In this document: in pieces, positions 31,001-44,926 of the stretch
Numbering within the stretch: the stretch's first letter is position 1
Layout of the letters: the number at the start of each line of letters is the position of its first letter
DNA from: Eledone cirrhosa
Taxonomy: Eukaryota
DNA: 64,000 bases
Assembly (NCBI GenBank): GCA_964016885.1
Contig: OZ024742.1
Location: 352,160,001-352,224,000 of the forward strand
Reading direction: 5' to 3'
The notes under the pieces: model-generated
Told to the model about the DNA's origin: nothing
Seen by the model: only the letters and a program-made list of their open reading frames with translations
Database searches by the model: none
Program-made: the position numbers and the translations under genes

Positions 31001-31424
31001 ATTGCATCACTTTTATAGATGACCAGGGAAATAAGACATGCTCATAAAAACTTAATCTCAACTAGACATCATTTTTCATTTTCTTCATACTATTCATGTA
31101 ACTCAGCCTACGTTCCCATGTGTTTTTATGGTGCATGATAAAAGCAATTTAGATTTAGAAAAGGATTGATTTGAAAGTTTTCAAAGAAAAATTTACATAT
31201 TACGAGTGATTAGATTTCTGATTAGTAATTTTGAATTTTCTGAGCAGGAAGCTGTGTAAAAGCAATTCATTGAAACATGGAAATAACGAAACAACAGGAT
31301 AGTTGCTTGGTGGCAGTCGATCGATTATCTTTCATCATATCGGACCGAGGAAACAATGTTTCCATTGGTATTTCCAATTGCTAATATTCTCTATCAGTCG
31401 CGCAACTCCAGACAGATCAATATG

Positions 31425-31478
<54 letters not shown>

Positions 31479-31529
31479 ATAATAATAAATTTGAAGACTA
31501 AATAAATTTGAAGACTAAATCTACAGTGT

Positions 31530-31578
<49 letters not shown>

Positions 31579-31584
31579 CACTGT

Positions 31585-31760
31585 ACATTTCCGGCTGTTG
31601 GTTGTTTTGATAACTGAATGTTTTTTTTATATATTGTCAAAGCTCTTCCGTCACACATTATGTTACCTCCTCAGTGACTGAGTTTTTATTTTGTGTCCCT
31701 CCTTTGTTCTATTTCACAACATCTTGTTTTTGTGTGATATGCTCTCATGTGCCTAGTTTG
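31585..31760 (-). mobile_element. Solo pLTR of the 14.5-19.7 kb PLE family with mutated hammerhead (31636-31678)
   Basis: Minus strand: gtca CTGAGGA ggtaacat aat gtgtgac GGAA gagc TT tgac. Flanks are homologous to 19440-19630. Confidence 0.75.
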
Positions 31761-33496
31761 AATGATTCAAACATTGAAAGTGTTTATTCCAGGAATTTCA
31801 GTAGAGGTGAAATGAATGAACCCGTTTGCGACATAAATATGAATGTCGCCTATCACAAAGAGAGTTGCAGAGAACGTACAGAAATAAAACACATCGATAC
31901 TCTTAGGATTTTATCAAACATAAAATAGGTGCGGTGTCATGAAGAAAAGATATAGCTAATATAACGTACCCAGACTTTCTAGGTCACAGACTTGATCGAA
32001 ATCGTTCAAAACATGACATCCATTCTTTTCTAGAAGAGAAAGTGCTGATATTACATGAGAATGAATCTCCTGCCGAACATAGAATAATGTTGTTAGCTAT
32101 TACATTAACCTGTTTACCAACTGTTGTGTTTAATTTCAGAGAGGAAGATTCAGCCATAGCTCAGGTACGAACATTACGGATATTGTAGGGAAACATGTTC
32201 AATATGCAAACAAAAATAAACCGTATAGGCCACGCTTACTTTCGCCATTTATTTAACTACCTTTAAAGGTTTTCTTTCCAAAATGGGTACGAGAATATAT
32301 TCGTCGGACATAAAATTTATATTTTTAAAATTTGTTTTGTTGTAAATCACAATTTATTCTTTGTATGTGAGAAGTGATACCCTTTCATTAAAGACGTGTA
32401 CCTAAGCATATATTAAAAACAAGGTTTGAATTTAAGAGACTAGGTTGAGTTTGAAAAGTGAATATGCCCGGTGGCTTTAGATGGGACGAAAGGAAACATA
32501 AATCGTATTTCATTGCATCGTTTATGGGTGTTGACCGTTGCGTGAGAACTATAATTTCTCATGATAAAAGCAGAAATAAATTTAAAGGCAAATTTGAATG
32601 AAATATTTATTTACGAACAGAGAAAATAAATATAGTGACTATAAAAATATGTAAAAATAGTTACACACGAAAACACTGATATACAATGACTTGTATATGT
32701 GATTTTCAAATGTAAAGTCGCTTGAAAAATTGCCAAGTATTCCACCCTCATAATCATCTCATGCGATAAATATTATAGATGTTAACGCACATAAATAAAT
32801 ATATATGGGTAAAATGATTTTAAGGCGTTCTCTAAGTTACCCAGATTTATCATCATATATTACGGAACATATAATCTTGCTCTCTTTTTCATACATTCTC
32901 CTTTCTTCTTTTCTCGCTTTCTTGTTTTATTATTTTTTCTTCATTTATGAATGACTGTATACATACACAGAGAAGTACACGCAATTTTAGCCAGAGAGAC
33001 ATAATCTTGTGAAACCCACACACACTTTCAGGGTAGAACGTACTACTTCATATTAATAGGAATCATTGTTAGAGTAAATCATTCTCAGAGAATAAATAAA
33101 CAGGAATAAAAAAAAAAGACATTTCCATGTCTTACTATATGAAATGTTGTACATCTTTTTAATTTCAATAATTTAATTACCTAGAATTTACAGAATAGTT
33201 TTCTTTAGATGTTAGATAACACAAGAGAGTGTATTGTAGAAAAAAAACATGGTGAGTGGTATATTCACTTGACTTTCACAAGCATGGAAGTATTTGACTG
33301 ACATATCCGCTCATTTATGAAATTGTGGTACAACTGTTGATATCACTGCAGTGCCGTTGCTATTGTAATTATTGCATAACAGCTCCACAATGGGGGGCAC
33401 TGTAATCCATATAATGCAATAAATACAATTATGTATCATGTGTCTCTCCTTTAATTTAATATATTTATATGTATATAGATACATAAATACGGATAT

Positions 33497-33562
<66 letters not shown>

Positions 33563-33784
33563 ATTAATAAAAACAATGAATACAAACAGAGAACAAGTTC
33601 CTTATATTAAAAAGGTTCTTTGTTTTTATTCATTGTTTTTATTAATTTATCAAGATTCTGTTTTCCTGGGATTTTCATCGAACATTTTTGAATGCATCTT
33701 CATTTTTCATGATATTTGGATTACATTGAGTTCTTCATACGGATTAGACACTACGCTATATTTTGGTTGTTTTATCTACATATA

Positions 33785-34503
33785 TAAATGGTATAGGATG
33801 AAACGAAATTTCATTTCTCACTCTTAGTACGGCAGTTACTTAAATGTAAGTAGTATGCATGTATACGTACATACATATATGTATACAGACTTACAGTAGT
33901 ATGTATATATATACATACATGCACACATATATATATATGCACGTTTCGGTTTACCGAACATTTATTATAATGTTCGGTTTGTTTGTAAACAAACAAACAG
34001 CCTTAATTACACCGTACAGTGTTTAGGCAAAAACGTCACCTTTTTGTTCAACACTGACACAGAAACTATGTACTAGTTTCAAGCTTATTAGCTATCGTCA
34101 GCATCGTATACCTTCTTGCCAGATGGTTGAACGTCTGAAAGTATATACTTTCCTTATGCATATTAACGGCTGAGCAGAATAATTTGCATATCGAGTGAGT
34201 TTAGTCCGCCGAGTGCACCGAAAACTTTAAATGGAATAAGATGAAACGAAATTTCATTTCTCATTCTTAGTACGGCAGTTACTTAAATGTAAGTATCTAT
34301 GTATGTATACATACATACATATATGTATGCAGACGTACAGTAATATGTATATGTATACATACATGCACACATATATATATGCACGTATCGGTTTACCGAA
34401 CATTTATTATAATGTTCGGTTTGTTTGTAAACAAACAAACAGCCTGAATTACGCCGTACAGTGTTTAGGCAACCACGTCACCTTTTTGTTCAACACTGAC
34501 ACA
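33785..34503 (-). mobile_element. Diverged tandem copies (~1.6 units) of the hammerhead-bearing retrozyme-like unit
   Basis: Two starts of gatgaaacgaaatttcatttctca (~33797, ~34240), ATTTGCAT at 34182-34189 and a hammerhead at 34065-34107. Confidence 0.88.
34065..34107 (-). ncRNA. Minimal type I hammerhead ribozyme
   Basis: acgatg CTGACGA t agct aata agct t GAAA ctag TA catagt. Confidence 0.8.
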
Positions 34504-37500
34504 TTTATCGTCTAATTTTCTAATTAATTATTCCTCTGCTCTATGTTTCTCTATTGCTAAAGCCTTACTAAACCTAATGGACTCTATTCTAATTGCTCTT
34601 TTCAGAGCAAACCACCACTTGTTGTTGACGATGGCCCCCGTCAACGCCCGCTTAACTAGTTCGCTAATCCGGTCTATGTAGGCCTTGCGCGCTGGTAAGG
34701 ATGCGTTCAGCTTCCAGTAGCCGGGTCCTCGTCTATGAAGCCTATCTAAGTCAAGCACACAGATCACAAATTTGTGGTCCGTATAGCTGACTATCTTGAA
34801 TTGTGGACAGCCTATGCTAGACCTATCCTTTTCCCTACAAAATACTCTTTCTAGATATGATCTGGATGACCCTATGTGATTGTCCAAGTCCACATTGGCA
34901 CATTCGGCAAATCTAATCGGTACCTGTCAGACATTTCAAAACGCCTGAGCAAGTTGGTGAGGCTTTTGCACCCTCCTCCCCTATCCCCTGATCCCACACA
35001 CTCCCAGCGTGCATGTAAGATCCCGTTCCAGTCGCCCACTAACACTAAAGAGCGGGACGTTCCAAGAAAGGTCTCCAGACGATGGAAGAAATCAGGCCGC
35101 CCTGCACCTGTCGGAGCATAGACGGCCACTAGCCTGAAAGCTTGCCCGTCTCCGCTGGTCACGTCTAGCACCACCAACTTACCTTCTGGGTCCAGGAAGA
35201 TGGCCCGTATGGCGAGATCCAAACCTCTCCGAAAAAGCACAGCTACTCCTTCCCCCGATCCAGGACGGCTGGGAGATACGTACACATCGTAGCCGTCGAA
35301 GATCGGTGCGAAGGCCCGTGCTTCGGAGATTCTGGTCTCGCTGATGGCCGCTACATCTATGTTTAGTGACCTGAGGTCGTTGAGCAGGTGGCCATGCTTC
35401 CCTGACGACCCCAAGCCACGTGCATTTATGCTGCCTATTCTGCGTGAGGTCATGTTGAAATGGAGTGGAACAGATGGGAAAGAAACCTTACTTCTCGTTG
35501 AGGAAGGATTGTTTCTAATTCTTTTCACTGCTTGTGGCCTCCTCCGGAAGGATGTCCTTATAAATCCTCCTGGAGAGTGATTGTCGGAAATCTTCGATGT
35601 ATTTGGGGAATTTTTGTTTTAGTGTCGTCTACGTTTTCTGTGTGATGCGAGTGATTTGTATGTGTGGATGTTGTGTGAACTTTTGGGTTGTTGTGTAGTC
35701 TTTTTCTATGATGCTGGTGTTGTGTTGGATGTAGTGTAATAATTGGTTGTTGTTCAAATTTAATGGTGTGTAGTGTGTATCGTTTTGGTTGTTTTGTTTT
35801 GTTTGCGTTTGTTGTGGGTTTGTTTCTGTTTCGCTTTTTGGTGAATTTTGTGATGTTGGTGATGGTGGAGTTGGGATTAATGATGGTGATGGTGTTGGTG
35901 TTTGTGGTGATGGGGTTGGTGATGCTGGTGTGGATGGTGGCATATCTGTCCTAACTTTTTTGTTTGATAGTTTATTTGTTTCCCTCTGTATTTTGTTTTT
36001 GGAGGGGTAGGGAAGAGAATTTTTTCTTTTTTGGTTTCTTTTTTTTTTTTTTCCTGATACCGATTCCCACTCCTCGTCGTAACAATCTGTCTCCAGTTGT
36101 GATAGGCCGGGGAGTGGAAAATACTCCACAGGCGTTGGTTTGGTTGTGGCGTGGTGGATGGTGTAGGCGCTGGTGCTAGTTCTGACGCGTAGGGTGGTCG
36201 TGGTGTTGGTTTTGCTACTGTTGCTGGGGTTGTTTCTATTACAGTTGCTTCTGTTGTTGCTGCTACAATTGTTGCTGCCATCTCTGCTGCTGGTGGTGTT
36301 GATAATTGAGTCACTGGGGTGGGTAAGAGAGGTGACCTCAACCTTTTAGCCTGAGGGCAAAAAGCCCTTAGGTGGTTTCCTTCACCACAAACGACACACC
36401 TAGGCCTTCTGCCCTCGACGATTATGGTGAGGTGGCTGCCGTCAGTGAGGTCTATTACCTATGGGATCTCCCCAATGCTTTTTTGGTCATCTTGGACAGG
36501 AGCTCCATCCCTGATCCGGACCAGTTCTCCTGCTTTTCTTTCGCTATTTCGATTATCTTGGTGTTGGCTTCGATGCCGGCGAGGACGGCAGCTATTAGCC
36601 AGGGAATTTCGATGGCCGGTTGAACGTGGGTCACCCTGATCTTTACGAGTCTCTGGCCACAATCGCTTGGGACGAGTGTGAAGCCGTCACTTCTTAAGGG
36701 GGCCATGGAGTGTTCTCTAGCCTTCTGTGGTGTTTCAAAGAAAACGTCAACGGTTCCATATTTCTGCCCACGTCTGATGTGGGGTTTTTTGGCCCACACA
36801 TGTCCCAAATCTTTTGGATTTCGGACTCGGATGCCCGTTCCACTCGGCGCGATTTTATATTAATTGTTCGATAAGACACGGTGCATAGGCGCCGATGCTC
36901 CATGTCATCAGTTTTTTTGGGGGGGTGAGGTGAGGCTGGCCCTGTCCCCATCTTTGTTTACCATTTTTTGGGCTTCTTCTAATTCTTCCTGAGTTACCTG
37001 AAATGCTTCGCACTGTTTTGCTACTCTGGCAAAACTCAGGGTCGTTTTCTTAATGTCATTGTTGCTGTTGTTGTTATCGTTATTTTGTTATTATTAATTT
37101 TAGTTTCAGTTGTGGTGGTGGTGGTGGTGGCGTCAGTGGTGTTCGGTGTGGAAGAGTTCATTTTGGTTGAATTCATTTCGATATCACGAGTTAATTTATT
37201 TTTTTCTTTTGTTTTTGTTGTCGCGGTGGTGGTGGTGTGGGGGGGGGGGGGGTTGTCGCGGTGGTGGTGGTGGTGGCAGCATTAACACCTGCAGTTATTG
37301 GTAATGGCGGGAAATAAATGTTTGCCTGAGACAAATTTAAAATATTGCTACTGCTTATATGTTTAGTGTTGGCAAACGTAGTAATATTTACAATGGTGGT
37401 GTCGGTGTGAGGTGTTAGTTTGTTAGGAAGGAGTGAATCTGAGTCATCCATGATTTTTCAAAGAAAAAATTTTGTTTGATAATTATAAAAGTTTAAATTT

Positions 37501-37535
37501 TGGGCTCAAGGCCCCATTCTTTTAGGGTGTCCTTT
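34504..37535 (-). mobile_element. 3'-truncated L1/Tx1-clade LINE: broken ORF1 (~37451-35530) and ORF2 endonuclease
   Basis: GC-richer block. ORF1 fragments are Thr/Pro/Asn-rich with an RRM-like YGTVDVFF. ORF2 APE follows directly. No RT domain is present. Confidence 0.85.
34528..35453 (-). pseudogene. LINE ORF2 AP-endonuclease domain (one frameshift near 34880)
   Basis: MTSRRIGSINARGL, DVAAISET, LVAVYAP, LVGDWN, WTW, SRSYLER, TDHK and GPGYWKLNASL: the canonical L1/Tx1 APE motif order. Confidence 0.9.
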
Positions 37536-37665
37536 TTAGATAACAATGTATATGCACTTATATACAATTAACAATAAAAATGTTCCATGAATGGTAATTT
37601 TAAACAACTGAAAATAACAAACCTTTGCGGAGCTCACGATGATATGATTTAATACGTAGGTCCTC

Positions 37666-37757
<92 letters not shown>
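37666..37757. repeat. (AAT)n microsatellite
   Basis: Pure aat run. Confidence 0.95.
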
Positions 37758-37760
<3 letters not shown>

Positions 37761-38221
37761 TAACATTAATACAGATGCTGATGTTACATGAATCTGTTAT
37801 GCATTATAAGTATTTAAACGTATCTGCTGGACACCCGAGCAGAAGGACGTGTGTAATTTCATCTGGGGATACCGTTCTCATAATAGCAACACATGCATGT
37901 ATTACATCTTGGTTCCATGAGAGAACCGTTGAAATAATTATAATGAATAAATGATTTATGTAAAATCAGTAAATCTATTGATGTTATCATTAAACGGAAT
38001 CTCCATCGTAACTGCAAACTATGAATGTTGAGATCTTCTACTGCTTGCTTCTTTTTTCTACCAAAACAAGCTCTTTGTTTGGAACACACACACAAGTATA
38101 TATATATATACATTGCAATGAAATATCTATGATCGTCGGCAAATCACTGATGAGGGACTAATTTTATTACATGTTATCCATGTGCTACCTGCATTATGTT
38201 TCTCTCTCTATATATATATAT

Positions 38222-38438
38222 ATAACGAAGGAAATGTGGTAAGGAACCAGGTGGAACATAACGCACCAAAGTACTCAATATTTAGGGTAGTAGAGTGGAT
38301 AATAGGAACGTGTAGGTCCCCGACGGCTGAGCTCAAGCCTTTTCGACGGCTAATTCTGGACGCTAATACAGTCGGCTAATTCAGTCCAGAATTAGCCGTC
38401 GAAACGGCTTGAGCTCAGCCGTCGGGGTCCTAATCGTT

Positions 38439-38440
<2 letters not shown>
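38222..38440. mobile_element. Short fold-back insertion between (TA)n tracts (family also at 38985-39070, 39917-40120, 52055-52253 and 178-228)
   Basis: cccgacggctgagctcaagcc.tttcgacggctaattctggac is followed by its reverse complement. The outer arm matches 40025-40115. Confidence 0.75.
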
Positions 38441-38505
<65 letters not shown>

Positions 38506-38729
38506 CCTTACGTACGTGCACAAGTTTAGCTCTTTTTACAAAACGGTAATTTTTCCCTTTCAGTTAGACGCGCTCGATCATCCATTTTTCTAAAACATAA
38601 ATCATACACAAAACGCCGGCACCCAGAGTTTTGCAAGAGATGTCAACATGAATGGACCTGTTATTTTTATCTAAAGTCATTCTTTTCAATTCCAGCCCGC
38701 CCGTCATCTCAATCTATCTTATTTCTCAT

Positions 38730-38769
38730 TCTTCCTTCTGATGAAGGACTAGCGTCCGAAACAGGAAGA
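38730..38769 (+). ncRNA. Hammerhead-like motif lacking stem III/cleavage triplet
   Basis: tcttcct t CTGATGA a ggac tagc gtcc GAAAC aggaaga: stems I and II pair, but the NUH is deleted. Confidence 0.5.
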
Positions 38770-38842
38770 CCCTCTTCCTGCTATATCAAGCGTTAACCTA
38801 ATATATCCCTTCCATCGTGTTGTTATTTCTGTTTACATTTTA

Positions 38843-38961
<119 letters not shown>

Positions 38962-39531
38962 ATATATATTTATATATACATAGGAAAAATAGGAAAATGT
39001 GCAGGGCCCCGACGGCATAGCTCGAGCCGTCGGGATCCTGAACATTTTCCTATTACCCACTCTACTGCCCAAAGTGTATGTGAGTGTGTGTGAGTGTCTG
39101 TGTACATGTGTATGTGTATGTGAGTGTCTGTTTATCTAACTAAACCACATTTCTATCAGTATTTATTATCTATCTGTATATCAGTTTAAATCATTACATG
39201 TTCATTTGTGGGTTTTGCTTCTCAAACAATAAGTAGTAGTAATTATTTATGTGGAGATTTTATTAGGTTTCATTAGATTATTCAAGGTAGATTGATTACG
39301 CTGACTCAGACAGTGTTCACTTCCTTTACACATTTCCTACGCTTTCACAAGATTAACGAATATTTATAATAAAGATGATAAAAATCAATGTATTTAGCTA
39401 TAAATCTTAATAGCGTTCTTTATTCTGTTACTATTTTACTTGTTTTGTTCACAGGATTATTTTTGGTGGTTTTCTTCTTCTCAGTCTCTTCTCCCTATTT
39501 TATTCTTTCTCTCTTTTTTTCTCATCATCCC

Positions 39532-39617
39532 CTTCTTCTTCTTCTTCTTCTTCTTCTTCTTCTTCTTCTTCTTCTTCTTCTTCTTCTTCTTCTTCTTCTT
39601 CTTCTTCTTCTTCTTCT
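39532..39617. repeat. (CTT)n microsatellite
   Basis: Pure ctt run. Confidence 0.95.
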
Positions 39618-39916
39618 CATTATTATTATTATTGTTAGAAATAATTCTTATTTACAATTATTATTATTGTTATTATTTCTATTATTAATAATAATAATAA
39701 TTCTCTAATTAAACACATATTGAGGATCTGTTAAACTCAAATTAACGCAAAAGGAGAATGATTCATGCACGCATAAACATAGAGGCAATCAGACACACTC
39801 GCACATACACACACTCACAATTATATATATATATATATATATATGCTACATATATGAATCATATATGTATCATGTATATATATACTACATATGTATCATA
39901 TATATATATGTATATA

Positions 39917-40500
<584 letters not shown>

Positions 40501-40618
40501 AGTCCAAATTAAATAAACAAATCAGCTTTTTCCGTTCTGAGGATTGAAAGCAAAACCTTTTGCTTTTAAGAAACCATTGGTAAATGGAATAATTGCCTTA
40601 TGTTGTTTATTACATAAT

Positions 40619-40736
<118 letters not shown>

Positions 40737-41073
40737 GATATATATGCAATGACACTCACTCACCGGTTCATTGCATAATAATACAATTGCGTATATAATC
40801 AATTAATATTTATACACACTGAGGTTACATATATACGCCTGTGGGTTGGTTTGTGCAGGCGTCTATATATACCACTTCTATATCAATACATATTGCCATC
40901 CATGGTTGGTGATATATTCCTATAATATTGACATATGTGTAAATATATATGAGATAAACCTTAAAACATTATTGCGTTTGTCTGTGAGTGCATACGGTTC
41001 TCCACATATTTATTCAGCTCCATCTTTATGTCTCTCTTCCTATCCCTCCATTATTCCTCTCTCTCTCCCTCTC

Positions 41074-41190
<117 letters not shown>

Positions 41191-41235
41191 ATATACACAC
41201 ACACATATATATACACACATACACACACACACACA

Positions 41236-41292
<57 letters not shown>

Positions 41293-42867
41293 AAACATAT
41301 ATATATATATATGTGTTTTATATTTAATTATGTTTCATTATATCGCATTGGAACATGTTTATACATTTCATTTCCTCTCCATTCTCGTCCTTCATTCACA
41401 TTATCCGCCGGCTGTGATTATTAATTGAAAACGGAATTAAATATTATAATCAAGTAATATTTAAGAACGTGGATAAATGAAATAAAGCACTTTCCAAAAA
41501 AGAAAGAAATATTAAATTTGTTTCTCCTCATAGCAACCCTACAATATTTGTAGTTGATATCAAATTTTATACTGACAATACTACGCAATTCCACTGTTTT
41601 TATATATATGTATAATCTTTTCTAATACTATTTTACTTTTCGACTATTTCTACGCTTTTGCAGGTACATTTGATTGATCCTTGAAAAATAAATTCAATAT
41701 CATGCATATTAATTAACTCACCTGTGTTACATATCACCCAGTTGATATCTATATGTGATATATAATACATTGACAATTTGTTCCTGCTCAGATATATTTC
41801 CGTTATATTTCATGACTTCTACGGAATCCTGGTGGGCTGTCCAGGTATAGAATTTTTCAATGTCCTTCCTATCAGTAATCTACATGTGCTTATACCACAT
41901 TTCTTATTTCATTCAGGAGGTAATTGGTAAAGCAATGTGTGATATTTACAGTTAAATGATCAACTTCTATATTTCACCTTCCACAAACACATTGAAACCA
42001 AATTATTTTGAACGATGTTAAATGAAAGAAAACAAAATCCTAACTTTCAAGTAAAATGTCATTGAATGTTACTGATTCATCACGATTGAAGGTGATATTC
42101 TGGGAAGAACAGCGAGAAGTTCATTTGATTTTCAATTTGTTATGGACGACAACACTAATGTAATTTATATACATATATATTTGTAAAGGTAGATTACTTA
42201 GTAGTTATATAGTTCGGCACTACGTGTTTCCTTTCCTGGCAAATACCATGTTAAGTCATTGGGAAAGACAATTTATGCCATGCTGCTCTTGTTCACACAT
42301 AAATATGTTGAGACTCATAAAATGGCACAATGTAAAGATCACTGAGGTCTCTTGGTCAATATTATTGTCATAGATAGAGAACATATAGAGGTAATAAGAA
42401 CCTTTCGCCGTCCACCGAAACCACAATAGGTCTCATGCTTCGTAGGGATGAGTTCAGAACATGAAAATCTTGTCAGTATAACCCAACACCAGTCATGACC
42501 GAAAACACTCTTCTAATATTTACACAGCACTCTTAATAATAATCCCGTATTAAAGAAATCAAGGGTAATATTATTTACGTGGGGACATGCTCTGGCCGTA
42601 AAGGGGTCGACAGAAACACAAACGTGCCAGGTTAATTGCATTTCTGTTATAGATAGATTTATTCTGGGTCAGAGTAAATGTGTGTGTGTGAGTGTGTGTG
42701 TGGGTGTGTGTTGCATAAAATGTAATTTATATATGCATTTAGCGTGTTACTCAAGTTGAGACCTTCATTGCGCCTATGTAATTGTCCTTGACTAATATAT
42801 ATATGTGTGTGTTTTCTCTTTGGTATTTATACAGAATGTGCAAATACATCAATAAAAAGATGAATAG

Positions 42868-42915
<48 letters not shown>

Positions 42916-43089
42916 TAAAGTAACAGATTACAGTTTAAGCAAATAATCGGTGCTTTCACCCTTAACGGGATCTTCTGAAACAAACAAAGTCAATCTACGG
43001 TTCTTATATATTTATCCTTATCGAGCCCTCTTTGGATTTTAATCTTCAAATTTATTATTATTACTATATATATATATATATATATATAA

Positions 43090-44179
43090 AGAATTAGTAT
43101 ATCTACCGACATATATATATATACATATGCATACCTATGCTAGCAAATATATAGGTTTTGTCTTAGTAACTTTGTGGTTCAATGCAAGGGGATGCAGAAC
43201 AATTATATGAAAGACGTAAAACAAGAAAATTATAATAATTAACTTACTAAAATTTCACTCCAAATAATTAGTTTCTGAAAGGGAATAAACATGGTTTCCG
43301 AATGGGACACATGGAGAATGCCTTTCATCATCAGGAGTCAAATCTCAGCTAAGTTCTCAGGCGATGCGTGGACACAGGGAACTTATACAAAAATAATTCA
43401 GTGAATGGAAAAAAGTAAGCGTGGACTAAATTCCAAAACATTGAAAAAATCACTGCCTACTTGGTCGGTGGCAAATTCAAAAGAATCAATCACGTGACAT
43501 CGCGGTTAATCAGTGAGGAGTGGGCTGTTAAGACGACAGTAGCCGAACTATTACTATGAACTATAGTAGCAGTTTTGGCAAATTTTTGCTCAACAAAATA
43601 ATTTGGAGATAATTATATAGAATTAATATATCTGCCAACATATATATACAGATGCATACCTATGCTAGCAAATCTATAGGTTTTGTTTTAGTAACGTTGT
43701 GGTTCAATGCAAGGGGATGCAGAACAATTATATGAAAGACCTAAAATGAGAAAATTATAAAAATTAACTTACTTATTAAAATTTCACTCCAACTAATTAG
43801 TTTCTGAAAGGGAATAAACATAGTTTCCGAATGGGTCACATGGAGAATGCCTTTCGTCATCAGGAAGTCAATTCTCAGCTAAGTTCCCAGGCGATGCGTG
43901 GACACAGGGAACTTATACAAAAATAATTCAGTGGATGGAAAAAAGCAAGCGTGGACTAAATTCCAAGATATTGAAACAATAACTGTCTACTTGGTCGGTG
44001 GCAAATTCAAAAGAATCAATCACGTGACAACGAGGTTAATCAGTGCGGAGTGGGGTGTTAAGAAGACAGTAGCCGAACTATTACTATGAACTATTACTAT
44101 GAACTATACTAATTTTAGTAAGTAATTTAAATTTTAGTAACTAAGTTTATTTCTATAATTTTCTTATTTTACGTCTTTC

Positions 44180-44180
<1 letters not shown>
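43090..44180 (-). repeat. Tandem dimer of a ~530-bp unit with hammerhead-like core and inverted cap (~44115-44180)
   Basis: Units start ~43091 and ~43620. Minus-strand CTGATGA...GAAA cores at ~43285-43340 and ~43812-43868. 44125-44180 is the reverse complement of ~43207-43255. Confidence 0.8.
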
Positions 44181-44216
<36 letters not shown>

Positions 44217-44335
44217 AATTGAAACAAAATGAAAACGAAATTTCATTTCTCACTCTTAGTATGGCACTTACTTAAATGTAAGTATGCATGTATACGTACA
44301 TACATATATGTATACAGACGTACAGTAGCATGCAC

Positions 44336-44372
<37 letters not shown>

Positions 44373-44477
44373 TACATATGCATACAGGTACACATACATA
44401 TATGCACGTATCAGTTTAGCGGCGCTAACGTCGCTTTGTTCGTTTGTAAACAAACTGAACAGCCTGAATTTATGCCA
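44217..44477 (-). repeat. Inverted partial unit capping the 476-bp array
   Basis: aaattgaaacaaaatgaaaacg...cctgaatttatgccata is the reverse complement of 44783-45046. Confidence 0.92.
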
Positions 44478-44609
44478 TATATGTATGTACGTATACATGC
44501 ATACTTACATTTAAGTAAGTGCCATACTAAGAGTGAGAAATGAAATTTCGTTTTCATTTTGTTTCAATTTATCGTTTTCGGTATGCCTAACCGATTTAAC
44601 TCACTCAAT

Positions 44610-44617
44610 ATGCAAAT
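44610..44617 (+). promoter_or_regulatory. Octamer motif ATGCAAAT, once per unit (putative snRNA-type promoter element)
   Basis: Exact match in all 12 units and retained in the diverged copies (3316-3323, 34182-34189). Function is inferred. Confidence 0.45.
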
Positions 44618-44690
44618 TAGGCTGCTCAGCCGTTAATTTTCATAAGGAAAGTATATACTTTCGAACGTTCAACTATCTGGCAGATGGGTA

Positions 44691-44735
44691 AACGGTGCTG
44701 ATGATAGCTAACAAGCTTGAAACTAGTACATCGTT
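44691..44735 (+). ncRNA. Minimal type I hammerhead ribozyme, unit 1 of 12 (others start 45167, 45643, 46119, 46599, 47075, 47551, 48033, 48513, 48987, 49465, 49941)
   Basis: aacggtg CTGATGA t agct aaca agct t GAAA ctag TA catcgtt: 7-bp stem I, 4-bp stem II, palindromic stem III. Predicted cleavage after GUA at 44728. Confidence 0.9.
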
Positions 44736-44891
44736 CCTGTGTCAGTGTTGAACAAAAAGGTGACGTGGTTGCCTTAACACCGTATGGCATAAATTCAGGC
44801 TGTTCAGTTTGTTTACAAACGAACAAAGCGACGTTAGCGCCGCTAAACTGATACGTGCATATATGTATGTGTACCTGTATGCATATGTATA

Positions 44892-44926
<35 letters not shown>

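Noticed and set aside
41715-42030. Exon-like segment ending in minus-strand CAG/GTGAGT (similar hints at ~33290-33405 and ~28180-28300), vaguely fibronectin-III-like
   Set aside because: Stops in all frames, and the similarity is too weak to call by eye.
42940-42990. Minus-strand CAGAAGA-tccc-gttaa-gggt-GAAA motif
   Set aside because: The core is mutated and there is no stem I or cleavage triplet. At best a dead relic.
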